DNA from: Candidatus Eiseniibacteriota bacterium
GTDB lineage: Bacteria; Eisenbacteria; RBG-16-71-46; CAVPCR01
Assembly (NCBI GenBank): GCA_963823555.1
Contig: CAWGMA010000002.1
Span: 604,725 to 668,724, forward strand
Reading direction: 5' to 3'
Length of the DNA stretch: 64,000 bases
Below are positions 1-12,225 of this stretch, one piece after another. Numbering within the stretch: position 1 is the first letter of the stretch; each line of letters starts with the position of its first letter. The position numbers and the translations under genes were made by a program. The notes under the pieces were generated by a model, which made no database searches, was not told the DNA's origin, and was given only the letters and a program-made list of their open reading frames with translations.

Positions 1-753
1 GTCGGCGGCAAGGTGATCGGTGACGCCCGAGATGCGCGAGTGCATCTCGCCGCCGCCGAGCTCCTCGGTCGTCACCTCCTCGCCGGTCGCCGCCTTGACG
101 AGCGGCGGGCCGCCCAGATAGATCGTGCCCTGCCCCTTGACGATGATGTTCTCGTCGGACATCGCCGGCACGTAGGCGCCGCCGGCCGTGCACATGCCGA
201 GGACGACCGAGACCTGCGGGATGTCGAGCGCCGACATCACCGCCTGGTTGTAGAAGATGCGCCCGAAGTGCTCCTTGTCGGGAAAGACCTCGGCCTGGAG
301 CGGGAGGAAGACGCCCCCCGAATCGACGAGGTAGATCGTCGGCAGGCGGTTGTCGAGCGCGATCTCCTGGGCCCGGATGTGCTTCTTGATGGTCTCGGGG
401 AAGTAGGTGCCGCCCTTCACCGTGGCGTCGTTGGCAACGATCATGCACTCGCGCCCGGCAACGAGCCCGACCCCGGTGACGATCCCGGCCGCCGGCACCT
501 CGCCCTTGTGAAGGCCATTGGCGGCGAGGGCCGAGAGCTCGAGGAACGGTGTTCCGGGATCGACGAGGCGCTCGATCCGCTCGTGCGGCATGAGCTTGCC
601 GCGCTTGCGGTGGAGGGCGACGGCGGTCTCGGGGCCGCCCTGGCGGGCCTTCGCGATCCGCTCGCGGAGCTCGGCAGCGAGTTTCCGGTGGTGATCGGTG
701 CTCGCCTTGAACTCGGGCGAGCTGGTCGAGATGTGACTCTGTATTGTATCCAC
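1..753 (-). CDS. liuB: Methylcrotonyl-CoA/acyl-CoA carboxylase carboxyltransferase (beta) subunit, 5' part; runs off the window
   Basis: Translated by hand from GTG at 753: [10 protein letters not shown]...[10 protein letters not shown]...[13 protein letters not shown]...LVDSGG...[14 protein letters not shown]...[14 protein letters not shown]. The N-terminal part of + ORF 13..1539 is its antisense shadow. Confidence 0.9.
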   Translation of the reverse strand, partial: MDTIQSHISTSSPEFKASTDHHRKLAAELRERIAKARQGGPETAVALHRKRGKLMPHERIERLVDPGTPFLELSALAANGLHKGEVPAAGIVTGVGLVAGRECMIVANDATVKGGTYFPETIKKHIRAQEIALDNRLPTIYLVDSGGVFLPLQAEVFPDKEHFGRIFYNQAVMSALDIPQVSVVLGMCTAGGAYVPAMSDENIIVKGQGTIYLGGPPLVKAATGEEVTTEELGGGEMHSRISGVTDHLAAD

Positions 754-864
754 GGCGCGTTCTTAGCAGAGGCGAGGGCGCGCGGCAACGGGGAAAGGCG
801 GCGGGCCGGGCGTGGCGCTGGAATGGCTCGTCGCGCCGCTCCGGACAGCGGCGGGGAGATCGTC

Positions 865-1539
865 ATGAGATTAACGCGGAAATGCCGGCTGATCGTGCTG
901 CTTGCCCTCGGTCTTCTTCAAGCGATGCCGGTCCTGGCGCAGGAGCACCAGCACCACCAGGAGGGCGGAGCGCCCGATGATGGGGACGCATGCGAGCGCA
1001 ACCGCTGGATGTGGCAGCTCCCGGAGCAGGTGATGGCGGCGATCGGCGTCGCGCCCGGCATGGTCGTCGCCGATGTCGGGGCGGGGACGGGGTACTTCAC
1101 CTTCCGCCTGGCCGAGAAGGTGGGAGGGGATGGGCTCGTCTACGCCAACGAGATCGACGAGGAAGCGCTCGAGGTGATTCGCGTGCGCGCGGAGAAGGAG
1201 AAGGTCGCCACCGTCCGTGTTGTCCTGGGTACGCCCGAGGATGCGGCGCTACCGGATTCCACCTTCGATCGCATTCTCCTCGTGAACGTCATCCATCTCG
1301 TCGAGAAGCCGGTGGAGTTCCTTGCCGGCTTGCGTCAGGACCTCAAGCCGGGGGGTCAGCTCGTGCTCGTCCAGTGGGACGCCCACAAGCTGGCCCGGGA
1401 GATGCCGGGGGCGCGTCCCGAAGGGGAGCTCGAGGAGTACCTGACCGCGGACACCCTCGCCGAGATGAAGGCGGCCGGCTTCGAGATCGCGGCGGTGCAC
1501 GATTTCCTTCCGCTTCAGGAGGTCATCGTCGGGCGCTAG
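865..1539 (+). CDS. Class I SAM-dependent methyltransferase with N-terminal signal peptide
   Basis: VADVGAGTGYFT motif I. ATG at 865 follows GGGGAG; hydrophobic leader ends in AMPVLA-Q; His-rich QEHQHHQE. Confidence 0.85.
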   Translation: MRLTRKCRLIVLLALGLLQAMPVLAQEHQHHQEGGAPDDGDACERNRWMWQLPEQVMAAIGVAPGMVVADVGAGTGYFTFRLAEKVGGDGLVYANEIDEEALEVIRVRAEKEKVATVRVVLGTPEDAALPDSTFDRILLVNVIHLVEKPVEFLAGLRQDLKPGGQLVLVQWDAHKLAREMPGARPEGELEEYLTADTLAEMKAAGFEIAAVHDFLPLQEVIVGR

Positions 1540-1607
1540 ACGGTGGTACAATCCGCGAGCGTCGTCCCCACGTCCGGCACTCCCCGTGCCAGAGAGGGCA
1601 ATCCAAG

Positions 1608-2350
1608 ATGACCGGCCGTTCTCCCCGCCTCCCGGGCGCGCCTGCCGGCGCGGCCCGCCTTCTTGCGTTCGCGTGTCTCGCTCTCCTTGTTTCCGCTGAA
1701 ACATCGGCCGAGGAGATCCTCTTCTCGCCGTCGCGTCAGGTCTATGCGGAGGGTGGCGGGCTCGTCGCCGTCGCCGACATGAACTTCGACGGGGTGCTTC
1801 GGCCGGGGCGACGGCACCTTCGAGCCCGCGCGCATCTCCTACGGGGCGGGGGACGCGATCGGCGGCCTCGCCGCCGGCGACTTCGATGGCGATGGGATCA
1901 CCGATCTCGTCGCCGGTTGCCTCAAGTCGGAGAGCAACTACGCCGCGATCCTTCGCGGCCGCTTCCGCTCTCCGAACGCCGTCGAGATCTCGACCTTCCT
2001 CGCCGACCCGGTCCCCGAGGGCGTGCTCGTCACCTGGTCCACCGCCTTCGAGTCCGATCACGCCGGATTCCATGTGCATCGCTCGCCGCGCCGCGATGGC
2101 GAGCGGCGGCGCCTCACCACCAGCATGATCGCACCCGGTGGACCCTATCGCTTCCTCGATCCCAGCCCGCCCGCGAACGCTGAGTCCTTCTACTGGCTCG
2201 AGGCGATCGATCTCCGCGGTGACACGGAGTGGTTCGGACCCGCGACCGCGAGCTGGACGGCGCCCGCCCGCGAGAGCCGGTTCATCGCGAGCGGACCGAA
2301 CCCGTTCCGCGCCGATCGCGGTCCGGCCGAGATCCGGTTCGAGCTCGTGG
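1608..2350 (+). pseudogene. Degraded secreted FG-GAP/VCBS-repeat protein with truncated C-terminal sorting domain
   Basis: Signal peptide, VADMNFDG, frameshift near 1800, then GRGDGTF...AGDFDGDGITDLVAG, an Ig-like VLVTWST..GFHVHR..YWLEAID segment, and a GPNPF CTD start that breaks off. Confidence 0.6.
1688..1703. repeat. Orphan copy of the 16-bp palindrome (TGTTTCCGCTGAAACA)
   Basis: One mismatch to TGTTTCCGCGGAAACA at 9429-9444; both copies are followed by TCGGCCG. Confidence 0.75.
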
Positions 2351-2420
2351 CGGTTTCAACGCAGCCCGGTAGCCTCCCGGAAGGCCCGCCCGGAGCCCAC
2401 TTTCCCCGGCGGGCGCGACG

Positions 2421-2435
2421 TGGCACAATCGTCGC
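2421..2435 (+). promoter_or_regulatory. Possible sigma-54 (-24/-12) or extended -10 promoter of the Hsp70 operon
   Basis: TGGCAC-AATCG-TCGC keeps GG-N10-GC spacing, 28 bp before the ATG at 2463. It can also be read as TG-n-CACAAT. Confidence 0.3.
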
Positions 2436-2462
2436 CCGCGTCTTTTCCAGTGGAGGTTCGCC

Positions 2463-3100
2463 ATGTCGCCCAAGTTCCCCGTTCTGCGCACCATCATCGC
2501 TGCCGCGGTCGTGGGTTTGCTCGTCGCGGCCGTCGTCGGCGTACTCACCGCCAACGCGCTCGGGCTCGCCCCGAGCGTGAACGCCATCTTCTCCGGTCCG
2601 GCGAGCCCGGCGGCGATGGCGGCGGGGCTCCTCGCCTTCGGCGGGGTGGTGCTCGTCGCCTGGCTCGACTTCGCGGGGGCGACGGCGCGCACCGCGGTCA
2701 AGCCGGGAGAGAAGGTCGTGCGCCGTGATCCGGCGGTCGCCCTCCTCGCCATCCTGCAGCGCGAGGGCCGGCTCGTCGATTTCCTGCGCGAGGACATCGC
2801 GGCCTATCCGGACGCGCAGGTGGGGGCGGCGGTGCGCGCGATCCATGCGAGCTGCCGCAAGGTGCTCGACGAGCACATGGCCCTCGAGCCCGTGCGCCCG
2901 GAGGACGAGGGGGCGCGGGTCCTCGTCGAGCGCGACTTCGACGCCTCCGCCATCCGCCTGACCGGCAACGTGAGCGGCAAGCCGCCGTTCCGCGGTGTCC
3001 TCCGCCACCGCGGCTGGCGCACGCGCCGGATCGATCTGCCCGCCGATCCGCTCGGACAGGATCCCTCGATCGTGGCCCCGGCCGAGGTCGAGATCGGTTC

Positions 3101-3104
<4 letters not shown>
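2463..3104 (+). CDS. DUF2760 domain membrane protein
   Basis: Two N-terminal TM segments, LLAILQREGRLVDFL...QVGAAVRAIH, IRLTGNV..PPFRGVLRHRGW, APAEVE; GGAGG RBS. Confidence 0.85.
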
Positions 3105-4953
<1,849 letters not shown>

Positions 4954-4957
<4 letters not shown>

Positions 4958-7878
4958 CAACCACGATGTCCGGCGACGACAGAGAGCGCTCGCGCTATCT
5001 GGTGGGGATCGATCTCGGCACCACCAACTCGGCGGTCGCGTACATCGACACCCGCGAGCGAACCGGTGACACGCCTCGAGTCCACGGCTTCGACGTGCCG
5101 CAGCTCGTGGCCGAAGGCGACACCCAGCCGCGATCCACCTTGCCATCCTTCCTCTACCTGCCGGGCGCTCACGAGCTGCCCGCGGGGGCCACGCGCTTGC
5201 CGTGGGATCCGGCACGCGATCACGCGGTCGGCGAGTTCGCGCGCCGGCAGGGGGCGCGCGTGCCGGCGCGTCTCGTCACCTCGGCCAAGTCGTGGCTCTG
5301 CCATGGCGGCGTCGATCGCACCGCCCGCATCCTGCCCTGGGGCGATGCCAGCGATGAGGTGGCGCGACTGTCCCCGGTCGAGGCCTCGAGCCGCTATCTC
5401 GCCCACATGCGCGAGGCGTGGAATCACGCCATCGCGGGCGGCGACGAATCTCTGTTCCTCGAGCGACAGGAGGTCGCGCTCACGGTCCCCGCTTCGTTCG
5501 ACGAGGTGGCGCGCGAGCTCACGCTCGAGGCGGCGCGCCAGGCGGGTCTCACCCGGGTGACGATGATCGAGGAGCCGCAGGCGGCCTTCTATGCCTGGAT
5601 CGTCGGCCATGAATCGTCGTGGCGGGAGTCATTGCACGCCGGGCAGGTCATCCTGGTCTGCGATGTCGGCGGCGGTACCACCGACTTCACCCTGATCGTC
5701 GTCGATGAGGGGCAGAAGGGCCTCCGCTTCGAGCGCGTCGCCGTCGGCGAGCACCTGCTTCTCGGCGGGGACAACATGGATCTCGCGCTCGCGCGCCGGG
5801 TCGAGGAGCGGCTCACCGGGAAGACCGGGAAGCTCGAGCCGCAAGCCTGGGCCGGGCTCGTGCACGCCGCGCGTCTCGCCAAGGAGGATCTGCTCGCCGA
5901 GGAGTCCGGCGCGCCCACGACCGTGCCCATCACCCTCCTCGGCAAGTCGACGAGCGTGGTCGGCGGTTTGCTCCGCGACGAGCTCGCCCGCGACGAGACC
6001 GCGGAGACGATTCTCTCGGGGTTCTTCCCCCTGGTGCCGCCGGATGCCGAGCCGGAGCGACGGAAGGCCGGCTTTTCCGAATTCGGATTGCCGTACGTCG
6101 CCGATGCGGCCGTGACGAAGCATCTCGCCTCGTTCCTGCGCCGGCATCGCGACGCGGCGGCCGAGATCAACCCGAGGAGCGTCTCGAAGACGGGCCTGGT
6201 GCGTCCCGATGCCATCCTCTTCAACGGGGCGGCGCTCACACCCGAGCCCCTGCGTCATCGCGTGCGCGATGCCATCGCCCAGTGGTTCAAGGGCGAGGAT
6301 CCCGCGTACGAGCCGGTGCTGCTCACGAGCCCGAGCCTCGCCCTGGCCGTGGCGCGGGGTGCCGCCTACTACGGGCACGTGCGCCGCGGCAAGGGTGTGC
6401 GCATCCATGGCGGGAGCGCGCGCGGGTACTACGTCGGCATCGATCTCCAGGCGGCGCCGCCGGAGGCGGCCCAGGCGGTGGCGGGGCTCGCGGATCCGGT
6501 CGCCGTCGTGTCGGTGGTCCGGCGCGGCACCGAGGAGGGCACCACGGTCGAGCTCGATCGTCCCTTCGAGGCGCACGTCAACCGACCGGTGGCCTTCAAC
6601 CTCTACTCCTCGAGCGTGCGCACCGATCCGACCGGTGATCTCGTCGTCGTCGAGCGCGACGCGGTGGTGCCGCTGCCGCCGATTCGCACCCTCCTCCGCT
6701 TTGGCAAGAAGACGGGAGAGCGGCGGCTGCCGGTCAGGATCGGCGCCCGGCTCACCGAGCTCGGGACGCTCGACATCTACTGCTTTTCCAAGGAGACCGA
6801 GCACCGCTGGCGCCTCGAGTTCCAGCTCCGCGACGCGATGGCGGCCGCCGCCGAGGGCGAGGCGGCTCCCGGCGGCATCGAGGATCGCGGCGTGACGATC
6901 GACGAGTCGATCGTCGAGGGGCTGGATGCCGTGATACGCGCCTGCTTCGATCCGACATGGGAGGGCGAGCCGATCCCGCCGGCGCGCGTCATGCGCGAGC
7001 TCCGCACCGTTCTCGATCTCGAGAAGGAGGAGTGGCCGCTTCCCGTCCTGCGCAAGCTCGGCGAGCTACTCTTGAAGGTGCGCGAGTCCCGGCGGAAGAG
7101 TGCGGCGCACGACGCGCGCTGGACCAACCTCGCCGGCTACGCCCTCCGCCCGGGCTTCGGCTATCCGATGGACGACTGGCGGTTGAAGGAGCTGTGGAAG
7201 ATCTGGCACGCGGGCATCCTGCATCCCGGCGACGAGCAATGTCGCACCGAGTGGTGGATCCTGTGGCGGCGTGTGGCGGGCGGTCTTTCGCAGGGGCAGC
7301 AGGAGCAGATCCATGCCCAGCTCGCGCCCTCGTTGGTTGCCGGCCCGGCCAAGCGCTCGAAGGAAGGGAAGCGCCTCGGCAAGCAGGAACAGGTCGAGAT
7401 GTGGCGGTGCGCGGTGAGCCTCGAGGAGCTCGATCGCGCGCGCAAGGTGGATTACGGTCAGGCGCTCGCCGATCGCGTCGAGCGCGGAGCGACCGCGGCG
7501 GATCTGTGGGCGCTCGGCCGGGTCGGGGCGCGCGTGCCGTTCCACGGCCCCGCCAATCAGGTGGTGAACCGGCGCGCGGTCGAGGGCTGGATCCGGCGCC
7601 TGGTAGTCGGGGAGTGGCGCCTGCCGGAGGCGACGGCGGTGGCGCTCGCGCACATGGCGCGGCGCACGGGCGACCGGGAGCGCGACATCGACGAGGGCTT
7701 GCGCGCCGAGGCGGCCGAGAAGATCGCGCGAGCGGCAGCAGGGGCGGAGGGGAAGACGAAGCACGCGTTCGAGCGGGCGCGTGTGCTCGTTCTCGAGGGC
7801 GGCGAGCTCGAGCGCGAGGAGGCGAGCGAGGCCTTCGGCGAGGCGCTGCCGGCGGGGCTGGTGCTGGTGGGGGAGTGA
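4954..7878 (+). CDS. Atypical Hsp70-family protein with C-terminal DUF3731-like helical domain
   Basis: Same ATPase motifs; ATGA overlap at 4954-4957; C-terminal WTNLAGYALRPGFG.P.DDWR, WWILWRRVAGGL, WALGRVGARVP, FGEALPAGL. Confidence 0.9.
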
Positions 7879-8039
7879 TGGCGAGTCCAGTGCTTCGCCT
7901 TTGCGTAAATGTTGCGAGCTCGGCTTTGCGAACCCAGTTTCGCGAAGTGTGATTGGCGAAGTGGTTATGCAGCGAGTTGATGGGCGGCGATCCGTGTGTG
8001 TGCCGGCCGCAGAAATATGCTCGTGGATGCAGAAAGTGC

Positions 8040-8068
8040 TTGCTCGGCGATGGCGACATCGTTAGTCT
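8040..8068 (+). promoter_or_regulatory. Sigma-70-type promoter of the HNH gene
   Basis: TTGCTC-17 bp-TAGTCT upstream of the AAGGAG RBS and the ATG at 8126. Confidence 0.45.
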
Positions 8069-8125
8069 GATTGCGAGTTTCCCTCCCCGCGACAATTCAG
8101 CAAGACCCCCGGAAGGAGCATCGCC

Positions 8126-9582
8126 ATGTCGACCTCCGTTCCCGTGGTTGTGCCCGATCGTGTCGCGCCCACGCTTCCTCCCACCAATCTGACAGCCGAG
8201 ACCCTGCACACGGAGTTCCTCCGCCAGGCCCGGGTCGCGAGCTGCAACACGTGGCGGCTCCTGGTCCTCATCCGGGAGATGGATGCCTGCGAGGGCTACG
8301 AGCACTTCGGGTGCACCACCCTCGCTCATTACCTCGAGCTCGTCTGCGGCATCACCGGGGTCGCGGCCCGGGAGCGGATCCGGGTCGCGTTCGCGCTCGA
8401 GTCGTTGCCGGCGCTCGAGGCGGCGCATTGCGGTGCGGCGAGCTCTCGTACTCCAAGGTGAGGGCGGTGACGCGGGTGGCGACGGCGGAGACGGAGGGGG
8501 AGTGGCTCCGTGCGGCGCGGGAGCGGACGGCGGAGGAGCTCGAGGTGATGGCGGCGCGGGCGACGCGGGGGGAGCCGACGAGGAGGCGGCTCCTCACGAA
8601 GGCGGTCAACGCGCACACGACGCGGATGGTGGTGGATCTCCCGGCGGAGGAGATGATGGTGGTGATGCGGGCGCTGGAGCGGATCCGGCGTGAGGCTGGC
8701 GGGAGCCTCTCGGGGTCGGAGGCGCTCGTCTACCTGGCGGCGGACTCGCTCTCGGGGGAGGTGGGGGAGGTCCGGACGGCGGAGCGCTACGAGGTGGTGG
8801 TGCACGTGGGCGAGGATGGCGGGAGCTGGGTCGAGACCGACGACGCGGCGGGGGAAGCGCCGTTACCGCGGGAGGTCGTCGAGCGGCTCCTCTGCGACTG
8901 TGCGCTCCGGGTGGTCAGGGAGGGGAAGGAGGGGCTCGCGGCGAGCCGTCGCACGCGCACGGTGCCCGAGGTGACACGGCGCGCGGTGGCGCTCCGCGAT
9001 GGGCACCGCTGCCGGGTCCCGGGCTGCCGGCGGCGGCTGTGGCTCGACCTCCATCATCTCGTGCCGGTGTGGGAGGGCGGGCGGCATGTGCGCTCGAATC
9101 TCGTCTACCTCTGCCGGTTCCACCATCAGCTGGTGCACGCGGGGCTCTTGCGCTGCGAGCGGGTGGAGGGGGAACTCCGGTTCGTGGCGGTGCGGGGTGA
9201 GCGATGGGTCATGGGAGAAGCCGGGGCGATGGGAGACGAGGAGTTCTGGGAGTGGCTCCGGGAGGCGGAGGCGGGGGCTGAGGATGCGGAGTCGGAGCCG
9301 ATGGAGAAGATGGAGACGATGGAAGCCGTGGTGACCGCAGGCGGGGACCCGGAGGAGCTGCGCTCGACTTACTACCGCTCGCGGCACCGGCGGCCGTGGC
9401 AGGCGCACGAGCGGCGGGCGGCCTACCGTGTTTCCGCGGAAACATCGGCCGGCCGCGTTCCAGCGGAAACACCTCCAGTATATGTTTCCGCGGAAACATC
9501 CCGCCGAGTTCCGGTGACACCCCCGGCCATGTTCCAGCGGAAACAGCTCGCAGAACTCTCTCAAGGGCGGAGTTCTCGCTGA
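8126..9582 (+). CDS. DUF222 + HNH endonuclease (REP13E12-like), frameshift near 8425
   Basis: ORF 8126..8461 (AARERIRVAFALESLP) continues in the 8071..9582 frame (GELSYSKVRAVTRVA, ERLLCDC, RDGHRCRVPGC, HHLVPVWEGG..SNLVYLCRFHHQLVH). Confidence 0.85.
9429..9545. repeat. Array of 16-bp palindromes, consensus TGTT(T/C)C(C/A)GCGGAAACA
   Basis: Copies at 9429, 9456 and 9483 (27-bp period) and 9530, plus a degenerate copy near 9507. The copy at 9482-9499 is a perfect 18-bp palindrome. The repeats encode VSAET/VPAET in the HNH tail. Confidence 0.85.
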
Positions 9583-9606
9583 ACCAGTGGATCAGCCTGT
9601 CTCCGC

Positions 9607-9621
9607 TGGCACGACGTTTGC
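9607..9621 (+). promoter_or_regulatory. Sigma-54 promoter
   Basis: TGGCAC-GACGT-TTGC matches the -24/-12 consensus, upstream of the 9804 gene. Confidence 0.55.
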
Positions 9622-9803
9622 GATATGCGCGCCAGGGTTCCTCCTTGCTGGCTGTCCAGCGCCACAGCTGAACACACCAGGACATTGTTGCGATTATTGC
9701 CCTGGCACAACGTCGATGGATGAGTTGAGAGGTCGCCACAGCAAGTGGTAGCATCCTCCGGTTCCCACCCGCGCCGACATCTGCAACCCAGAGGAGGCAC
9801 CTC

Positions 9804-11240
9804 ATGAAGTGCCTGGCAGCTCTTGTCGTCGTGTGCCTTGCGTGCCTCCTGCCCACTATCACCTTCGCTGACCTGACACCTCTCGAGCAGCTGGGCAAGG
9901 AGCTCTTCTTCGACACCAACCTCTCCACGCCGCCGGGCCAGTCCTGCGCCGCCTGCCATGCTCCGGAGTGGGGATTCACGGGCCCTGATACGGCGCTCAA
10001 TGAGGCCGGTGCGGTCTATCCGGGAGCGGTTCACACCCGGTTCGGAAATCGCAAGCCCCCGACCTCGGCCTACGGTGGCGAGAGCCCCGTTCTCTACTAC
10101 GACGATGTCGAGGAGGTGTGGATCGGGGGCATGTTCTGGGACGGCCGGGCGACCGGCTGGACCCTGGGCGATCCACTGGCCGAGCAGGCTCAGGGTCCGT
10201 TCCTGAATCCCCTCGAGCAGAACAACCCCAGTCCGAAGCTGGTCTGCATCAAGGTCAGCCAGTCGGACTACGCCGACCTCTTCGAGCAGGTGTGGGGGCC
10301 GGGATCCCTCGATTTCGTGCATGACGTCGCGGGCACGTACGAGCGCATCGCCCGCTCGATCTCGGCCTACGAGCAGTCGCCGGAGGTGAACCCCTTCTCC
10401 TCCAAGTTCGACATCGCGCCCGACCTCTTCACTCCGGAAGAGGAGTGGGGGCTCGAGCTCTTCAACGACCCGGCGAAGGGGAACTGCGCCGCATGCCATC
10501 CCAGCGACGGGACAGGCGCCCTCTTCACCGATTTCACGTATGACAATCTCGGTGTTCCAAAGAACCCCGAGAATCCCTTCTACTCGATGCCGCCCAAGTG
10601 GAACCCGAGCGGCTACGACTGGATCGACCCCGGTCTCGGCGGCTTCCTGGCTCGTGCCGGCTACGAGGGGCAGGCAGCGGAGAACATGGGGAAGCACAAG
10701 GTCCCGACCCTGCGCAACGTGGGACAGAAGCCGGGGAGCGATCTGGTGAAGGCCTATGGCCACAACGGCTACTTCAAGACCCTGAAGGAGATCGTCCACT
10801 TCTACAACACGCGCGACGTGGAGCCGTGGCCGGCGCCCGAGGTGCCGGAGAACGTCAACCGGGATGAGCTCGGCAATCTCGGTCTGACCGACGAGGAAGA
10901 GGATGCGATCGTCGCCTTCCTCGAGACGTTGACCGATGGTTACGAGCGGCCTGTGCCGTACGCGCCTGGCGGAGCGCGCTCACCGGCGCTCGCCCTCGAC
11001 ATGCGCGCCTACCCCAACCCCCTGCGCGGGGACGGCGTGATCGAGTGGTTGAGCGAGAATCCTGCGACCTCGTTGCGGCTCTACAACGCGGCCGGCCGCC
11101 TCGTCGTCGAGCGGAGCGTCGAGGGCAACCGCATCTCGTGGCAGAGCTTCGCTGGACAGCGGAACCTGCCGTCCGGTGTCTACTTCCTCAAGATGGATGG
11201 GGTCGAGCATGCCCCCTTGCGCATCATCCTGAACCACTAG
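9804..11240 (+). CDS. Secreted di-heme cytochrome c peroxidase/MauG-family protein with C-terminal T9SS/FlgD-like domain
   Basis: Signal peptide, LGKELFFDTNLS, two CAACH heme motifs, FWDGRA, KVPTLRNV, C-terminal YPNP...LYNAAGRLV...PSGVYFL. Confidence 0.9.
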   Translation: MKCLAALVVVCLACLLPTITFADLTPLEQLGKELFFDTNLSTPPGQSCAACHAPEWGFTGPDTALNEAGAVYPGAVHTRFGNRKPPTSAYGGESPVLYYDDVEEVWIGGMFWDGRATGWTLGDPLAEQAQGPFLNPLEQNNPSPKLVCIKVSQSDYADLFEQVWGPGSLDFVHDVAGTYERIARSISAYEQSPEVNPFSSKFDIAPDLFTPEEEWGLELFNDPAKGNCAACHPSDGTGALFTDFTYDNLGVPKNPENPFYSMPPKWNPSGYDWIDPGLGGFLARAGYEGQAAENMGKHKVPTLRNVGQKPGSDLVKAYGHNGYFKTLKEIVHFYNTRDVEPWPAPEVPENVNRDELGNLGLTDEEEDAIVAFLETLTDGYERPVPYAPGGARSPALALDMRAYPNPLRGDGVIEWLSENPATSLRLYNAAGRLVVERSVEGNRISWQSFAGQRNLPSGVYFLKMDGVEHAPLRIILNH

Positions 11241-11253
11241 TCGGGTCGATCGA

Positions 11254-11286
11254 GCGGAGCCCTGGGCCTTTCCGCCAGGGCTCCGC
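11254..11286 (+). terminator. GC-rich hairpin after the peroxidase gene
   Basis: 12-bp stem GCGGAGCCCTGG/CCAGGGCTCCGC; no strong U tract. Confidence 0.5.
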
Positions 11287-11316
11287 GTCCACCTCACGCG
11301 TGCAGGAATCTCCGTC

Positions 11317-12201
11317 ATGATCAAGCAACCGGCGCGCTGGCCCCTCCTGCTTGTCGCCCTGCTGCTTGGCGCCGCCACCGCGAGCGCGGCGGCGGCTCAG
11401 GTATGGAACGAGGCCGGCGACGCCGGCGATCTCCCCGCGACCGCCCAGGTCCCACTGGGTTCAGGAGCGCTCACCGCGATCATCGGAACGCTCTCGGCCG
11501 GTGGCGACGCCGACCTCTATCTCATACGGATCGATGATCCGGCCACCTTCGAGGCCTCGACCTGCAGCAGCGATCCCGACACCCAGCTCTGGCTCTTTGC
11601 GCGGGATGGGAATGGCATCACGTTCGATGATGACGATCCGGATTGCGGCGTGCTCTCGACGATCACGCCCGCGAACGTGACCGTCGCTGGCAGCTACTAC
11701 CTCGGCGTGAGCGCCTATGACTGGGACGCGCTCGATGCCCAGGGCCGCGAGATCTGGCTCGACGCGCCCTACGATGAGGAGCGGGCCCCCGACGGTCCAG
11801 GTGCACCCGGTCCGCTCGCAGCATGGGGAGGTGTCGCCTACGAGGAGGGGAGCTACGAGATCAGCCTCGCCGGCGTCTCGTGGCCGCAGATCGGGATCAG
11901 CGAGGTCCCGGCGCCGGCGGCCGTGTTCGTTCTCCACGGGAACACGCCCAATCCGTTCAATCCGGCGACGACGATCTCCTATGAGGTCCCGGTGTCGGCG
12001 GCGGTCGACCTGCGTGTTTACGACGCGACGGGGCGGCTCGTGCGCGTGCTGGCCGCGGGCTTCCAGACCGGACCCGCGGCGTATCGCGTCATCTGGGACG
12101 GCCGCGACGGCGCCGGCCGCCGGGCGGCATCGGGGACGTACTTCTATCGTCTCGAGGCGGGGTCATTCTCCGCCGCGCGGGCCATGGTGCTGATCCGGTG
12201 A
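11317..12201 (+). CDS. Secreted protein: PPC/DVUA0089-like domain + FlgD-Ig/T9SS-like CTD
   Basis: Signal peptide, EAGDAGDLPATAQ, DTQLWLF..G..FDDD, GSYYLGVS; CTD PNPFNPATTISY..VYDATGRLVR..WDGRD..ASGTYFYRL. Confidence 0.8.
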   Translation: MIKQPARWPLLLVALLLGAATASAAAAQVWNEAGDAGDLPATAQVPLGSGALTAIIGTLSAGGDADLYLIRIDDPATFEASTCSSDPDTQLWLFARDGNGITFDDDDPDCGVLSTITPANVTVAGSYYLGVSAYDWDALDAQGREIWLDAPYDEERAPDGPGAPGPLAAWGGVAYEEGSYEISLAGVSWPQIGISEVPAPAAVFVLHGNTPNPFNPATTISYEVPVSAAVDLRVYDATGRLVRVLAAGFQTGPAAYRVIWDGRDGAGRRAASGTYFYRLEAGSFSAARAMVLIR

Positions 12202-12225
12202 AGCCTCCGTGGTAAGCTCCTCCCG

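Noticed and set aside
13-864. N-terminal part of the 508-aa + ORF
   Set aside because: Antisense shadow of the minus-strand carboxyltransferase; the real + gene starts at 865.
9429-9545. Palindrome array as a CRISPR array
   Set aside because: Repeats (16 bp) and spacers (11 bp) are too short, the array is inside a CDS, and no cas genes are present.
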